From positions 19,592,001-19,656,000 of the forward strand of contig CM022679.1 of NCBI GenBank assembly GCA_012295275.1: a stretch of DNA of 64,000 bases, read 5' to 3'. Positions 1 to 12,044 of this stretch are shown here, piece by piece. Position numbers and translations under genes: made by a program. Source of the DNA: Chrysomallon squamiferum. Its lineage: Eukaryota > Animalia > Mollusca. The first letter of the stretch is position 1; each line of letters begins with the position of its first letter. Under the pieces are notes generated by a model that searched no databases, had not been told where the DNA came from, and saw nothing but the letters and a program-made list of their open reading frames with translations.

Positions 1-157
1 TGACTAATTTGTGTCTACGGTTGTCTGCTGTCTATGACTTGCCATGTTTTTATTTTGCAAAATTCAAATATTTTTCATATATATTTAGCCAGGTGTGCCG
101 CTATTTTTTCCTGTGTTCCAAGGTGTGCCGTTGGCAAAAAAAGGTTGAGAATCACTG
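1..157 (+). mobile_element. 3' end of a hAT (Charlie-like) DNA transposon, cut by the window start
   Basis: Ends in AAAAAGGTTGAGAATCACTG, a near match to the reverse complement of the Charlie-type terminus CAGTGGTTCTCAAC. Repeated subterminal GGTGTGCCG motifs. Followed by GACTACAC, a plausible 8-bp TSD with central TA, at the start of a satellite unit copy. Confidence 0.65.
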
Positions 158-1320
158 GACTACACGATCGCGGCAGTCCTGTCTCAATCCAATTTCCATC
201 AAGGTAAGAATACATTTTACAATTCACCCATAACTATACCCAACGTACTCTACATTTTTCTTCTGTTCCTTTTTCTTAAATGTTTTTAATTTCTTTTCGT
301 CTGTATATTTTTCTTAGATTATTATATTACCGTATTAAATAGATGTTATGTGTTCTAAAGTTTAATGTTTTGGTAAATTTGAGGGGTTATTTAGATTCCC
401 GATTTCCCAAACTTTTGTATTAACTCTATTGCTTTACGAAATCGAGTGCCATCTGTAAATTATTAAAAATATTGTATAGAATTAATTACCTGCAGACTGT
501 CTGTATAATGTGTTTACGGAATATGAACGTTGTGAGAGTATCTAAGGTAAATAATGGCATGACAAAATAACGTTTTTTATATTTTCGAAAGAAATTTAAA
601 AAATAGAAAAAATAAATAAAATAATAATTAAAATAAAAATACAGATATGAATTAATAAATAAATAAATAAATAATAATAATACATAAATTAATAAATTCA
701 ATAAACAGTAATAAAATATGTAAATAAAAAATATGTTTTATAAATATAAATTGTACGGAATATATTAAATAAATAAATTGGTCGCTTATTTTGATCTTTA
801 ATAGTGTACTACTGTTTCTTCATAATCTTTTATTTCGCATAATGACATACGGGGTCACCTCACTGTGCCCGCACCCGTTATTATATATCACGTGATTCGT
901 GATATCTCCTACGCGACAGGTAAATCTGAACAAAACGTCATTTCCGACTTGAAACCTTGCCAGTTTATCCTGTAGAGGATGTATTTGAATATTCCTCGGA
1001 ATACTCTTCAATTTAACTGATTCTTAAAAATAAATAAATAGAAAAAATAAAAAATAAATAAATAAAAACAATGTTTTACAAATATAAATTGTACTGAATA
1101 TATTAAATAAATTAATTAATCGCTTATTTTGATCTTTAATAGTGTACTACTGTTTCTCATAAAAATGACATACACTTTAGTAAAGTTAATTTCCCAAAAG
1201 ATCAACAAAGAACTAACATTTTACAGTCCAACAAAATGGGAGACGGAATCAGCATATTCTGTTGCAGATTTTTGTCCTGTCAAGAGGAGCATTTTCTATA
1301 GGCATATGTCAAAGTCTTAA
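158..1320. repeat. Mosaic of dispersed repeat copies: satellite unit (158-610, 905-960) and a cassette shared with 7860-8400
   Basis: 158-600 aligns by eye with the units at 9680-11700 (e.g. TCAATCCAATTTCCATCAAGGTAA, GGTAAATTTGAGGG). 740-900, 1075-1160 and 1190-1320 align with 8020-8345 (GGTCACCTCACTGTGCCCG, TTTTACAGTCCAACAAAATG, GTCAAGAGGAGC). Confidence 0.85.
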
Positions 1321-1541
1321 CTATAAAACTTTAGCTTCAACAAAGGACTGTTCTCTCTTAATCATATCTTTGAATTCAAAAATATTGGGAAGACTGCTGC
1401 CTATCATTTTCAATTTTCAATGCCATCCGTAACGTGATTCGTAGGACTGGCAGCATTTGTTTCGAAACGGTTCCAGAAGTTTCTGTCATTCCCCAGTTCG
1501 GTGACATACATTAAAACAAGTTGATCCTATGGATTCGGTAC

Positions 1542-1544
<3 letters not shown>

Positions 1545-1610
<66 letters not shown>

Positions 1611-1660
1611 TAAGTAAGTAAGTAAGTATGTATGTATGTATGTATGTATGTATGTATGTA
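1545..1660. repeat. (TG)n / (TAAG)n / (TATG)n compound microsatellite
   Basis: Directly visible. Confidence 0.95.
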
Positions 1661-1741
1661 TTTTCGCATAACCAAATACACTCTTTAACTGGAATTTAGA
1701 GAAATAATAACTGTACAGTTTTATTTTCAGACGTAATCAAT

Positions 1742-4715
1742 ATGACACATGGAAAAATGTTTAGATGTGGCCACGATGTATGTGATGAGAGAGAACAGTA
1801 TTGTGTACCTGAAGACCAGATGTGCTATTACTGCATAGGCATCAGTGATTTGTGCCCTACAACACGTTTGGTTTTCCCTAAACAGTGTAATCCATTATGT
1901 ATGGGTAGGTAAATGTGTTATGTATGAGTGTGTGTGTGTGTGTGTGTCTGTCTGTCTGAATATTTATGAATGAATATGTGTATGTGTTTTATTAGCTTTA
2001 AAGGTTCTTAATAAGAAGACCTATTTTTGCTATTTCTATATTTTAAAATGTTTCTATATCAATACTGAAGCATTTTTATTGTGTCTTTTTATTTGAATAA
2101 ATAAACAGATCTTCACAAAATTACAGTTACAACTTTTCTGTTTATTGTTTTTGTTTCAGATTTCCTTCATAATCAGACAGGTAAGAATTATTAATTGTTA
2201 CAGCTATAAAATAATAAATGTTTGAGTTTGTATATTTATCGTATGTGTGAGTGTGTTTATATGTACGTAAATATATGTATGTTTATGTGGATGTATGCAT
2301 GTACGTATATATGTGTGTGTCTATGTATTTATGTATGTTTATGTGGATTTGCATGTACATATATAAATATATACGTATGTTTGTATGCATGTGTGTGTGT
2401 GTGTGTTTAAGAATTATAAAACGCACTGGCAAAGAAATGTTTTTATTAAAAAAAAAAATCATTCGAGTTTAAAGTTTCCTTGTAATGTATATTACAGTTT
2501 GCTTTTGGTCCTTTCTGAATGAGTATGTGTTTGTGTGTGTTTTATTAGTTAGTTACAAAGGTTTCTAATAAGAAGAAATGTTTTGCTATTTGTATGTTTT
2601 AAAATGTTTCTATAAAGCAGGTCTTTCTAGGCTAGATGATACTATATTTTATAACAGTACTGTAACATTTTTATTATGTCTTGATACATAATGGATTACT
2701 TGTTATTTGATAAATAAATAATAAATAAACAGATAAACAAACAAACAAACAAACAAACAAATAAACACACAGATCTTCACAAAGTTAGTTACAACTTTTG
2801 TTTTTGATCTAATTTTGTAGAGTAACAACTTTTCTGTGTGCTTATTTCACAGATTATATTTGTTTTCTGTTTTGGTTTCAGATTTCCTTGATAATCAGAC
2901 AACAAAAGGTAAGGCTTTATTACAGCCACAAAATAATGAATGTTTGTTTGTGTATATCTGTTCTTATGTGTGTGTGTGTGTGTGTATGTGTGTGTGTATA
3001 TATATATATTTATTTATACATGAATCTATGTTTGTTCGTGTATGTATGTATGTATGTATGTATGTGTGTTTGCATATATATATTTGTGTGTAGGTATGTA
3101 TGCTCAGTATATATATATGTGTGTGTGTATGTATTCATATATTATGGCAGTATATGGATATGTATGTTTGTATGTATATGTGTTCATATGTATGTTTGTG
3201 TATGAATGTATGTGTGTATAAATGTATATATGTTTGTATGTATGTGTGTATGTATATGTATTATGGCAGTAGTCTGGTTTGCTGTATAAAAATGGCTGAA
3301 TTCATAGTTGTTTTCACGGGTGCTTGTTACAAAGCTTTGGTTTTATTTCAGATGTCCCCCAGAGTCAGGAAGACCTTTATTATACACTTTTCATAGCAAG
3401 TCTAACAATAGCAGCAGGATTATCAGTTGCAGGTTTAGTATTTTTTCTACAGGGGAGCATTCGAAGTAGAAACAAAAACAAAAATGGTGTTGAGCAAAAT
3501 GAAGAACAAGTAGAACTAACGAAAAAAGACAAAATAGCAGGTGAGTTGACAGATGTATATTTCCAGTTAACCAAATTGAAAAAACACACACACACGTAAA
3601 CACAAATCCACTCACACAACACTGCATATGTTTCAGTTCAGATTAGTTTACAGTTCTGTCAAAGAACATAAATTTGTTGTTACGTGCCAGTCAATAGTCT
3701 AAATGCACTGTGTATTCTTTCAGTATTTTATTTGTTTCTTCTAACCAGTTTTTCCTAATAATAAAGAATGTACATAATATGATGCTGTTGCTCCAGGAGT
3801 AACATATGAACACTGACATTTCCTGCCTTTGCAAATGCATGTATTACTGTTATAAAAACATTTGAGTCTATTTATGTGAATTCCCATTACTCACTGTTTG
3901 TATATAAATGTCTTTAATGAATGCTGCTGCTTTTTTCACTGTGACAGCATCCTTTAGGATAGCTTGATCCTATTAATATTTTAATTTTTTTCACTGTCTC
4001 ACTCATGCACACATTCATTAACTTACTCACTCACATATGTATATAAACACACATACAGATGCATACATAAATGCACGAAATAATAATTATTGAATCATAT
4101 TAGTCTTATCCATACAAACAACCTTGATGGTATGAGTCCACATCCTTTTCTAACAACTTACAACAAATCAGTCCTCATCAAACGAAATGTCATCAGCATT
4201 GATGCAAATAAAGGGGGAATATTACAGTACTGATCCTTGTCATTTATATACATATATAAACAAATAAAAACAAACAAAAACAAACAAAAACAAAACAAGA
4301 ATGTAGTTTTGCCATTTGATCATACTGTCAAAGTAGAGCCCTACATTAAGGTCAAATGAAGATCACTACTGTTAATTTGAACAAACAAAATTAATTTGTG
4401 TAAAATATTTTCTTTAATATCTTGCTGTGTCACTGCTGTAAAATATTAATTTTTGTTCAGTTTATAACAATTTCTGACTTATGCTATTACATGTATTTTA
4501 GATTAATTATGAGAATAACATTAATGCCTTGTAAAATGTGTAGATGAAATGTGATATGTATGAGTTGTACAATGAAACTAATTTCTGAGTAGTATATTTT
4601 TATATTTTTAACAATGTTTATTTCATTTTCTTTTTATTATTGTATTTATTGCTATTGTTGTTGTTGTGTTGTTGTTATTGTAGTTGTTGTTGTTGTTATT
4701 ATTATTATTATTATA

Positions 4716-4753
<38 letters not shown>

Positions 4754-4882
4754 CAAGATGAGCCTTCTGGACAGAATTGGAGAAATAGTGAAAGAAACCA
4801 CGCTGATGAGACCATTACTATTGAAGATAATGATACAGTGATTGCCATACACAGTATTCCAAATGGATTTATCCCTAAATAG
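1742..4882 (+). CDS. Single-pass membrane receptor with one 8-Cys extracellular domain, Grindelwald/TNFR-like; exons 1742-1904 (acceptor before 1731), 2160-2180, 2882-2908, 3352-3540, 4758-4882
   Basis: All four introns are GT-AG and phase 1. The spliced CDS is 525 nt ending in TAG: MTHGKMFRCGHDVCDEREQYCVPEDQMCYYCIGISDLCPTTRLVFPKQCNPLCM-DFLHNQT-DFLDNQTTK-DVPQSQEDLYYTLFIASLTIAAGLSVAGLVFFLQGSIRSRNKNK...NGFIPK. The TM helix is followed by basic stop-transfer residues. Cys spacing is C-x4-C-x6-C-x6-C-x2-C-x6-C-x10-C-x3-C. The true start may lie in an upstream phase-1 exon. Confidence 0.75.
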
Positions 4883-4979
4883 TGATTCCAATCGAAGATA
4901 AAGAAGGGCTAAAGGCTAATGAAATTTGTAAAATGAAAAAAAACAGAAATTTTTATTCAATTTTATTTCAGCTTGTTTA

Positions 4980-5650
4980 GATATTTTTTATTTATTTATT
5001 TATTTATTTATTTTATTTATTTATTTATTTTATTTTTATTTATTTAATAATTTTATTTTTATTTATTTCAAATGTTTATATATTTATTTTATTTATATTA
5101 TTTATTAATTTATTTAATTTAGTTTAATTTTTTCATTTAGTTTATTTATTCTGTTTCATATTTATTTCATTTCATTTTATTTTTTATTAATTTAATTTAT
5201 TTTATTTATTTATTTATTATTTTATTTATTTATTTTATTTTTATTTATTTAATAATTTTATTTTATTTTATTTCAATTGTTTATATATTTATTTTATTTT
5301 ATTTTATTTATTCTATTAATTATTAATTTAATTTAATTTAATTTTTTAATTGATTTTATTTATTCTGTTTTATATACATTTCATTTCATTTTATTAAGTT
5401 AATTTATTATCTATCTATTTATACTATTTAATTTTATTTAATTTTATTTATTTAATAATTTAATTGTTAATTTAATTTAATTTTATATTATTTCAATTTG
5501 TTTAAATATTTATTTTATTTTATTTAATTAATTAATTTAATTTTAATTTTTTTAATTTATTTTATTTTATTCTATTTTATATTTATTTTACTTTATTTTA
5601 TTTTAATTTATTTATAAATTTAATTTTTACTTTAATTTAACTTAATTTTA
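4980..5650. repeat. AT-rich low-complexity tract built from TTTA/TTAA
   Basis: About 670 bp of almost pure A/T with degenerate TTTA repeats. Confidence 0.9.
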
Positions 5651-5991
5651 TGTTGATATACGTTTGCTTCGGTATTATGTTTTTATTTCAGATTGCTTAC
5701 TTATTCTAATAGATTATTGTACAGGATAGATTATTGTAAAAAAAAAAAAAAAAAAAAAAAAAGTATATCCTAGATGAATAATATTTGCAAAAGTCAAACC
5801 ATTTTATATATTTTATTTTATTTTATTTATTTCATTATGGCAAAAAAAAAAAAAAAACCACAAAACAACACAAAAAAACCCAACACATGCCAGATGAATA
5901 ATATTTGCAAAAGTCAAAATATAAAGAAACTTAATCAGGTAGATGATATCACCATTTGATATAGAATAGTTATATAAATAGAAATACCCAC

Positions 5992-6108
5992 CTCCTTTAA
6001 ATGGAACAAGGCCACATTTAGAAATGTCCCTGATAGACTTCTGTTCCATACATCCTTTCTTGATTGTTTTTCCTACTTCAGTACAGTGTCCATAACCATC
6101 ACTGCAAG
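5992..6108 (-). other. Orphan Cys-rich exon candidate (symmetric phase 1, 117 nt)
   Basis: Acceptor gttctatcag|CT and donor GGAG|gtgggt. Open frame CSDGYGHCTEVGKTIKKGCMEQKSIRDISKCGLVPFKG loosely resembles VWC-like repeats. No partner exons identified. Confidence 0.35.
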
Positions 6109-7778
6109 CTGATAGAACAACAGTAGAATTAACTTAGTATTAACATATTTGATTATTGTAGACATATCAGTTTTGTTTGTGGTATGTGTATTATTATTAT
6201 ATATTAATATTTTGTTTTGAAGTGTTTGGCTTATCAGTATATAATGTGTGCTTCAGTACTAATTATGTCGAGGGTTCACTGTAAGAGTGTACATGAATTC
6301 ATTCCAAAAACATGTGGAGAAATCGTATTTTCTATGTATATGTGTAATTATTATAGATATATTAATATTTTGTTTTGAGGTTTTATTGATGTGTAATGTC
6401 AGCTTCAGTAGTGATTATGTCTAACGTCTCACTTCATTCCAAATGCGAAGAGATCTTATTTCAATCTCAATAAGATTGTATTTTTGAAATGCATGTTATT
6501 ATGTCAGGTAGTTTTTGGTATATATGAAATGAAAGCCAGAAACAAATGCGAAGTAAAGGAGTAATTCCTAGCCCTTTTTTTTTCACAACTCTTTTCACAT
6601 AATTTTGAATGCTGGTGTCAGAGAATATTTGATCATTTCCCCTAAGAACTTTTCTGGATTTTTTTCAGATGTAGTTCTGGATTTTATTTGTAGTAATTAC
6701 TGTATGCAGTGTTTGTGTATTGAAACTGATTAAACACAAATTCAAATTAGAGATTCTTAGAAGCTTATTTAAAATCATAGATGAAAAAATAACTGGGGGA
6801 TACATTTGTCTGATCACTACTCCCAAGTTAATCCCTTTTTTAAAATGAAGGTGAAAAGATTCATCCCTAAATCCATTTATCATTGATAATTTGTTTTTTA
6901 TTATCGATAATCTTACTGCAACCCTATGAATTATCTCTTTTAGAAACATGTTGCATTTTGTGCCTCAGTCTTTTAAATTAATGTGCTACAAGAACACAAC
7001 TTTTGTCAAAATGTCTGGACCTAAGACGTCTCTTTGAACCTGAAGTGTCGAAGTAAAACAACTGATGAGACCCTTCATTTTGGTTTACACCAGTGATTAT
7101 GACGGTGAGAATAAACAAACTCATGTTCTATATGACCTGGGGGAACAAATATATTCAGGGGAACAAATATTCTTTTACACCGGCACCATTTTAATAGAGT
7201 TAGTATTATGATATCATCAGATACCAGTGAAACAGACCAGATTGTATCACCACCAGACTATCCTTGAGCTACCCCATGGTGTAAAATAGCTCTTTATATT
7301 CCAGTGAATATTTTGGCTTACAGATTATACGTTCCTGTGTTATTCATTAACTGTCCATTATACTGAAAGATAAAAAACAACAACAAAAAACAGCAATATG
7401 AACGACATGATACAGTCAGTTTAGACCAGACACAATTCACATAGGATCTTGAGAATGACTCGGATCACTTCTTTGTTCCCCGTATGGCCTTACTCGTGTT
7501 ACTAAACAAAATTACTTAAATATATGTTGTATTGATTATATAGAGTATTATTATCAAGTCACCTCTAGATTATAATTAAATAATTAACTTGTATCTTAAC
7601 TTGTGTTGTGTTTATTTCTCTTGTGGATAGATAGACTTATTGATTTATACAGACTGCTAAGATGTTTAATGTTTTATATACATACATAGATACATATTTA
7701 TTTTTTGTTTTTCTGAATGTTTTATGTAGCCTAAGCTTCTTAAAATATATGCAGAAAAATATTTTTTTTTTTAAATTT

Positions 7779-7818
<40 letters not shown>

Positions 7819-7859
7819 AAATTTAAAAAAATATATATTAAAAGTCAAGTCTTAATATT

Positions 7860-8400
7860 TGTGAGATTTTCTATATTTTCGAAATAATTGTTTTTTAAAT
7901 ATTTAAAAATATATAAAAGTAATAAAAATAAATAAATAATATTGATAATATAAAATAAAATGAAATAAAACAAATAAATAAATAAATAAACAATGATAAA
8001 ATAATAATAAAAAAATGTTTTATAAATATAAATAGTACTAACTATATTAAATAAATAAAGTGGTCGCTTATCATGATCTTTAATAGTGTACTATTGTTTC
8101 TTTGTAATCTCTTATTTCGTACAACGACGTATGGGGTCACCTCACTGTGCCCGAACCAATTGTTATATATTACTGAGGCAGTCATGGATAGCAAATGATA
8201 AAACAGTACGGGATTACAGTATAGTTTATTTTCCAAAAGACCAACAATGCATTAACATTTTACAGTCCAACAAAATGAAATCAACACATTCTGTTGCAGT
8301 TTACTGCCATGTCAAGAGGAGCCATTGCTGTAAGCGTATGTCAGACTGCGGGCACAGTGAGTTTAAACCTGTAACAACACAACTGTAAACTATTAAAGCG
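7860..8400. repeat. Second copy of the cassette found upstream of the receptor gene, with a 13-bp inverted repeat
   Basis: Homologous to 570-1320. CTCACTGTGCCCG (8141-8153) pairs perfectly with CGGGCACAGTGAG (8349-8361). Confidence 0.75.
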
Positions 8401-8476
8401 TATCTGTGGGTCTGATAAAATTCTTAATACTTATACTAATGTTTTGATAGGCGAACGGTCTTTAATAGCAAAGTTT

Positions 8477-8515
<39 letters not shown>

Positions 8516-9677
8516 AATAATAATAATATTAATAATAATAATAATAATATATATGGCGGACTAATAGCATTTTTTTTTCTTTTGTTGATATAACTCATTA
8601 CAAATTAACACTGGACTGCAAAAACGTAACTTGGAAGTATAAAGAATATATTTATACTACATATTTCTAATCACCAAAGAGAGATTATAATTTCTATAAA
8701 CTACATGTAAAGGAAATCATTAATTAATAAATTAAAAAGACAAAACAAAAGAAAACAACAACAACAGAAGAATAAGAGTAATAATATTTAAAGTAAAAAA
8801 TAAATAATGGAAGTGATGATGGCAGTAGCATCAGTAATAGTAGTGGTAGTGGTAGTAGTAGTGGTAGTAGTAGTAGCAACAGTAGTAATGAACTTCATCA
8901 TCAAAACCTGAGAATTGTGAGCAAACAATTCAAATGTATGTATGTATGTATGTATTTATATATGTATCTATCTGTGTATCTATCTATCTATCTATGAGAA
9001 AGCAATATTGCATGTTATGCAGGAAAATCGGTGATACTATAGTCTCTCAAGCCTCCCATAAGTTTGTTAATGACATAAGACATAACTATTTTCCTCCTCT
9101 AATTTCTTATCCAGCCTCTATTTTAAAAATAGAAATGGAAAACCAAAATTTATGTCCGAAAATTGAGCGGTATAGGACATATTATTATATTCTGTTTTAT
9201 AAATATATTTCTATTTTATTTTTATTTTTGTTTGATTTAATTTTATTTCATTTTATTTTAAATCATATGAAAATGTGTAATCATATGTAATCAATGTTAC
9301 CTGTCCCGTATCTGTATTTGCAGATGCAATGATTGGCTTTCTTTTCATTCTTTCTTTCTTTATTTTTATTCTAACGTTTTCTAATGTTTTTAGATATTTA
9401 TTATTATTATTATTGTTATTATTGCAATATTTTATTTATTTATATATTTTTAATTTCACAATTTTGATATAAAACCATCATTTGTTAACTTATGTTCAAG
9501 TACTGAATATTTTACAAAGCAATATCTTTATGCCATTATTTTATAATTAAAACAAGAAAAAAGGCTTCTTGAATGCTTCGTAATGTCTTTATTTTATGTA
9601 CTTTGGGATTAACTTGAAGAAGCAATAATAATAATAATTAAACTTTAAAAAATTAATAATAATAATAAAAAACCAAA

Positions 9678-11701
9678 ATAAAGACATATAATTTCCGGTA
9701 TGGATTTACTTTTAATTTGGAAAATAGAACTATTTATATCGCTTACGCGACACGTGATTATTTTGTCTGAATAAATCTGTACACACGTCATTTTCCGCTT
9801 GAAACCTTGCCTCTACGTACTATTAAGTTATTCTGTGTTCAACTACACCGTTCAATCCAATTTCCATCAAGATACAATTCACTCATAACTATACCCAACG
9901 TAGTCTACCTTTTTATTCTGTTCCTTTTTCTTCACATATACCGTATGAAATTTGTTTAATTTGTTTTTGTCTGTATATTGTTCTCACATTATTATATTAC
10001 CGTATTAAATAGATGCAATGTGTGTTCTTAAGTTTAATGTTTTGGTAAATTTGAGGGTTAATATTTAGATTCGCGATTTTCCAGACTTTAGTATTAACTC
10101 TTTTGCTCTATGAAATCGAGTGTCACCTGTAAATTATTAAAAATATTGTATAGAATTAATTACCTGCATACTGTCTGTATAATGTGTCTACGAAATTTGA
10201 ACGTTGTGAGAATATCTAAGGTAAATGACGGAATGGGAAAATAACGTTTTCTACATTTTCGAAACCTTGCCTCTACGTACTACTAAGTTCTTCTGTGTTC
10301 AACTATACGATCGCAGCAGCCCCCTCTTAATACAATTTCCATCAAGGTAATAATACATTTTACAATTCACACATAACTATACCCAACGTAGTCTACATTT
10401 TTCTTGTGTTCCTTTTTCTTAACATATACCGTATGAAATTTGCTTAATTGGTTTATGTCTGTATATTGTTCCGAGATTATTATATTACCGCATTAAATAG
10501 ATGTCATGTGTTCTAAAGTTTAACGTTTTGGTAAATTTGAGGGTTAATATTTAGATTCGCGATTTCCCAGACTTTTGTATTAACTCTATTGCTCTATGAA
10601 ATTGAGTGTCACGTGTAAATTATTAAAAATATTGTATAGAATTAATTACCTGCATACTGTCTGTATAATCTGTCTACGAAATATGAACATTGTGAGAATA
10701 TCTAAGGTAAATAATGTCATGGCAAAATAACGTTTTGTATATTTTCGAAAGAAATTAAAAAAAAAATAAAATAAAAATAATAAAATAAATACTGAAAAAC
10801 AAAAACAAAAAATTGAAATAAACTAAAATAAAGACTTGCAATTTGCAGTATGGATTTACTTTTAATTTTGAAAATAGAACTGTTTATATCGCTTACGCGA
10901 CACGTGATTATTTTGTCTGAATAAAGCTGAACACACGTCATTTCCAACTTGAAACCTTACCTCTACGTACTATTAACTTATTCTGTGTTCAACTATACGA
11001 TCGCGGCAACCCTCTCTCAATCCAATTTCCATCAAGGTAACAATACATTTTACATACCTCTTAACTATACCCAGAGTAGCCTACATTTTTCTTCTGTTCC
11101 TTTTTCTTAACATATACTGTATGAAATTTCTTTAATTTGTTTTTGTCTGTATATTGTTCTTAGATTATTATATTACCGTATTAAATAAATGTTATGTGTT
11201 CTTAAGTTTAATGTTTTGATAAATTTGAGGGTTAATATTTAGATTCGCGATTTCCCAGACTTTTGTCTTAACTCTATCGCTCTATGAAATCGAGTGTCAC
11301 CTGTAAATTATTAAAAATATTGTACAGACTTAATTACCTGCAGACTGTCTGTATAATCTGACTACGGAATATGAACGTTGTAAATAAGGTAAATAATGAC
11401 ATGGGAAAATAACGTTTTCTATATTTTCGAAAGAAATTAAAACAGTAATAATAAAATACAAAATAATAAATAAATAAATAAAAGTAAAAATAAAATAAAA
11501 TAAAGACATATAATTTCCGGTATGGATTTACTTTTAATTTGGAAAATAGAACTGTTTATATCGCTTACGCGACATGTAATTATTTTGTCTGAATAAAGTT
11601 GAACATACGTCATTTCCCGCTTGAAACCTTGCCTCTACGTACTATTAAGTTATTGTTTGTTTAACTATATGATCGCGGCAGACCCCTCTCAATCCAATTT
11701 C
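9678..11701. repeat. Tandem array of a ~670-690-bp satellite-like unit (about 3 copies, one internally deleted)
   Basis: Marker GAAACCTTRCCTCTACGTAC recurs at 9801, 10261, 10951 and 11623 (spacings 460, 690, 672). Units are similar along their whole length. Confidence 0.92.
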
Positions 11702-12044
11702 TACAGAACTCCTCCCCAGAAATGGATGGAGAGATACCACTGACATTTTAGGCTTTTCAGACAAACATTTATTCTATTTACAGATGTTGAGTGATCTGCT
11801 AGAAAAGCTAAAGAATAAAACTGTTCTAATTAATGAAACAATTGAATATAAAACACATTTCATAGTAAATACATTTTGAAACTATTTATTATGGATACAC
11901 CAAAGATTTTTCCTGCTGTCACATATTAATTAGTAAACATTATTCATTAGTATTATTTTCAGTTTTATAATTTCTATAAAATAAAAATATCAGACTGAAG
12001 TACGTCTTGACTGGTCACATTTTTTAAAATTTAAAACCACTTAC

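Noticed and set aside
1529-1613. ATG GAT TCG GTA CTT CTG (TG)n as a microsatellite-encoded signal peptide for the receptor
   Set aside because: The available donors give phase 0 or 2, or include a TGA. None joins the phase-1 acceptor at 1731 as assembled.
2222-3396. Overlapping MYVC-rich ORFs, with similar ones at 40707-40959 and 59498-59738
   Set aside because: Microsatellite translation artefacts. Only the short real exons listed above are supported.
4110-4235. Minus-strand trace resembling a PHD fragment (VVSC*KRMWTH)
   Set aside because: Too degenerate; at most an old transposon remnant.
7755-7840. Palindrome centred on an (AT)n run
   Set aside because: Low-complexity A/T symmetry, expected at this base composition.
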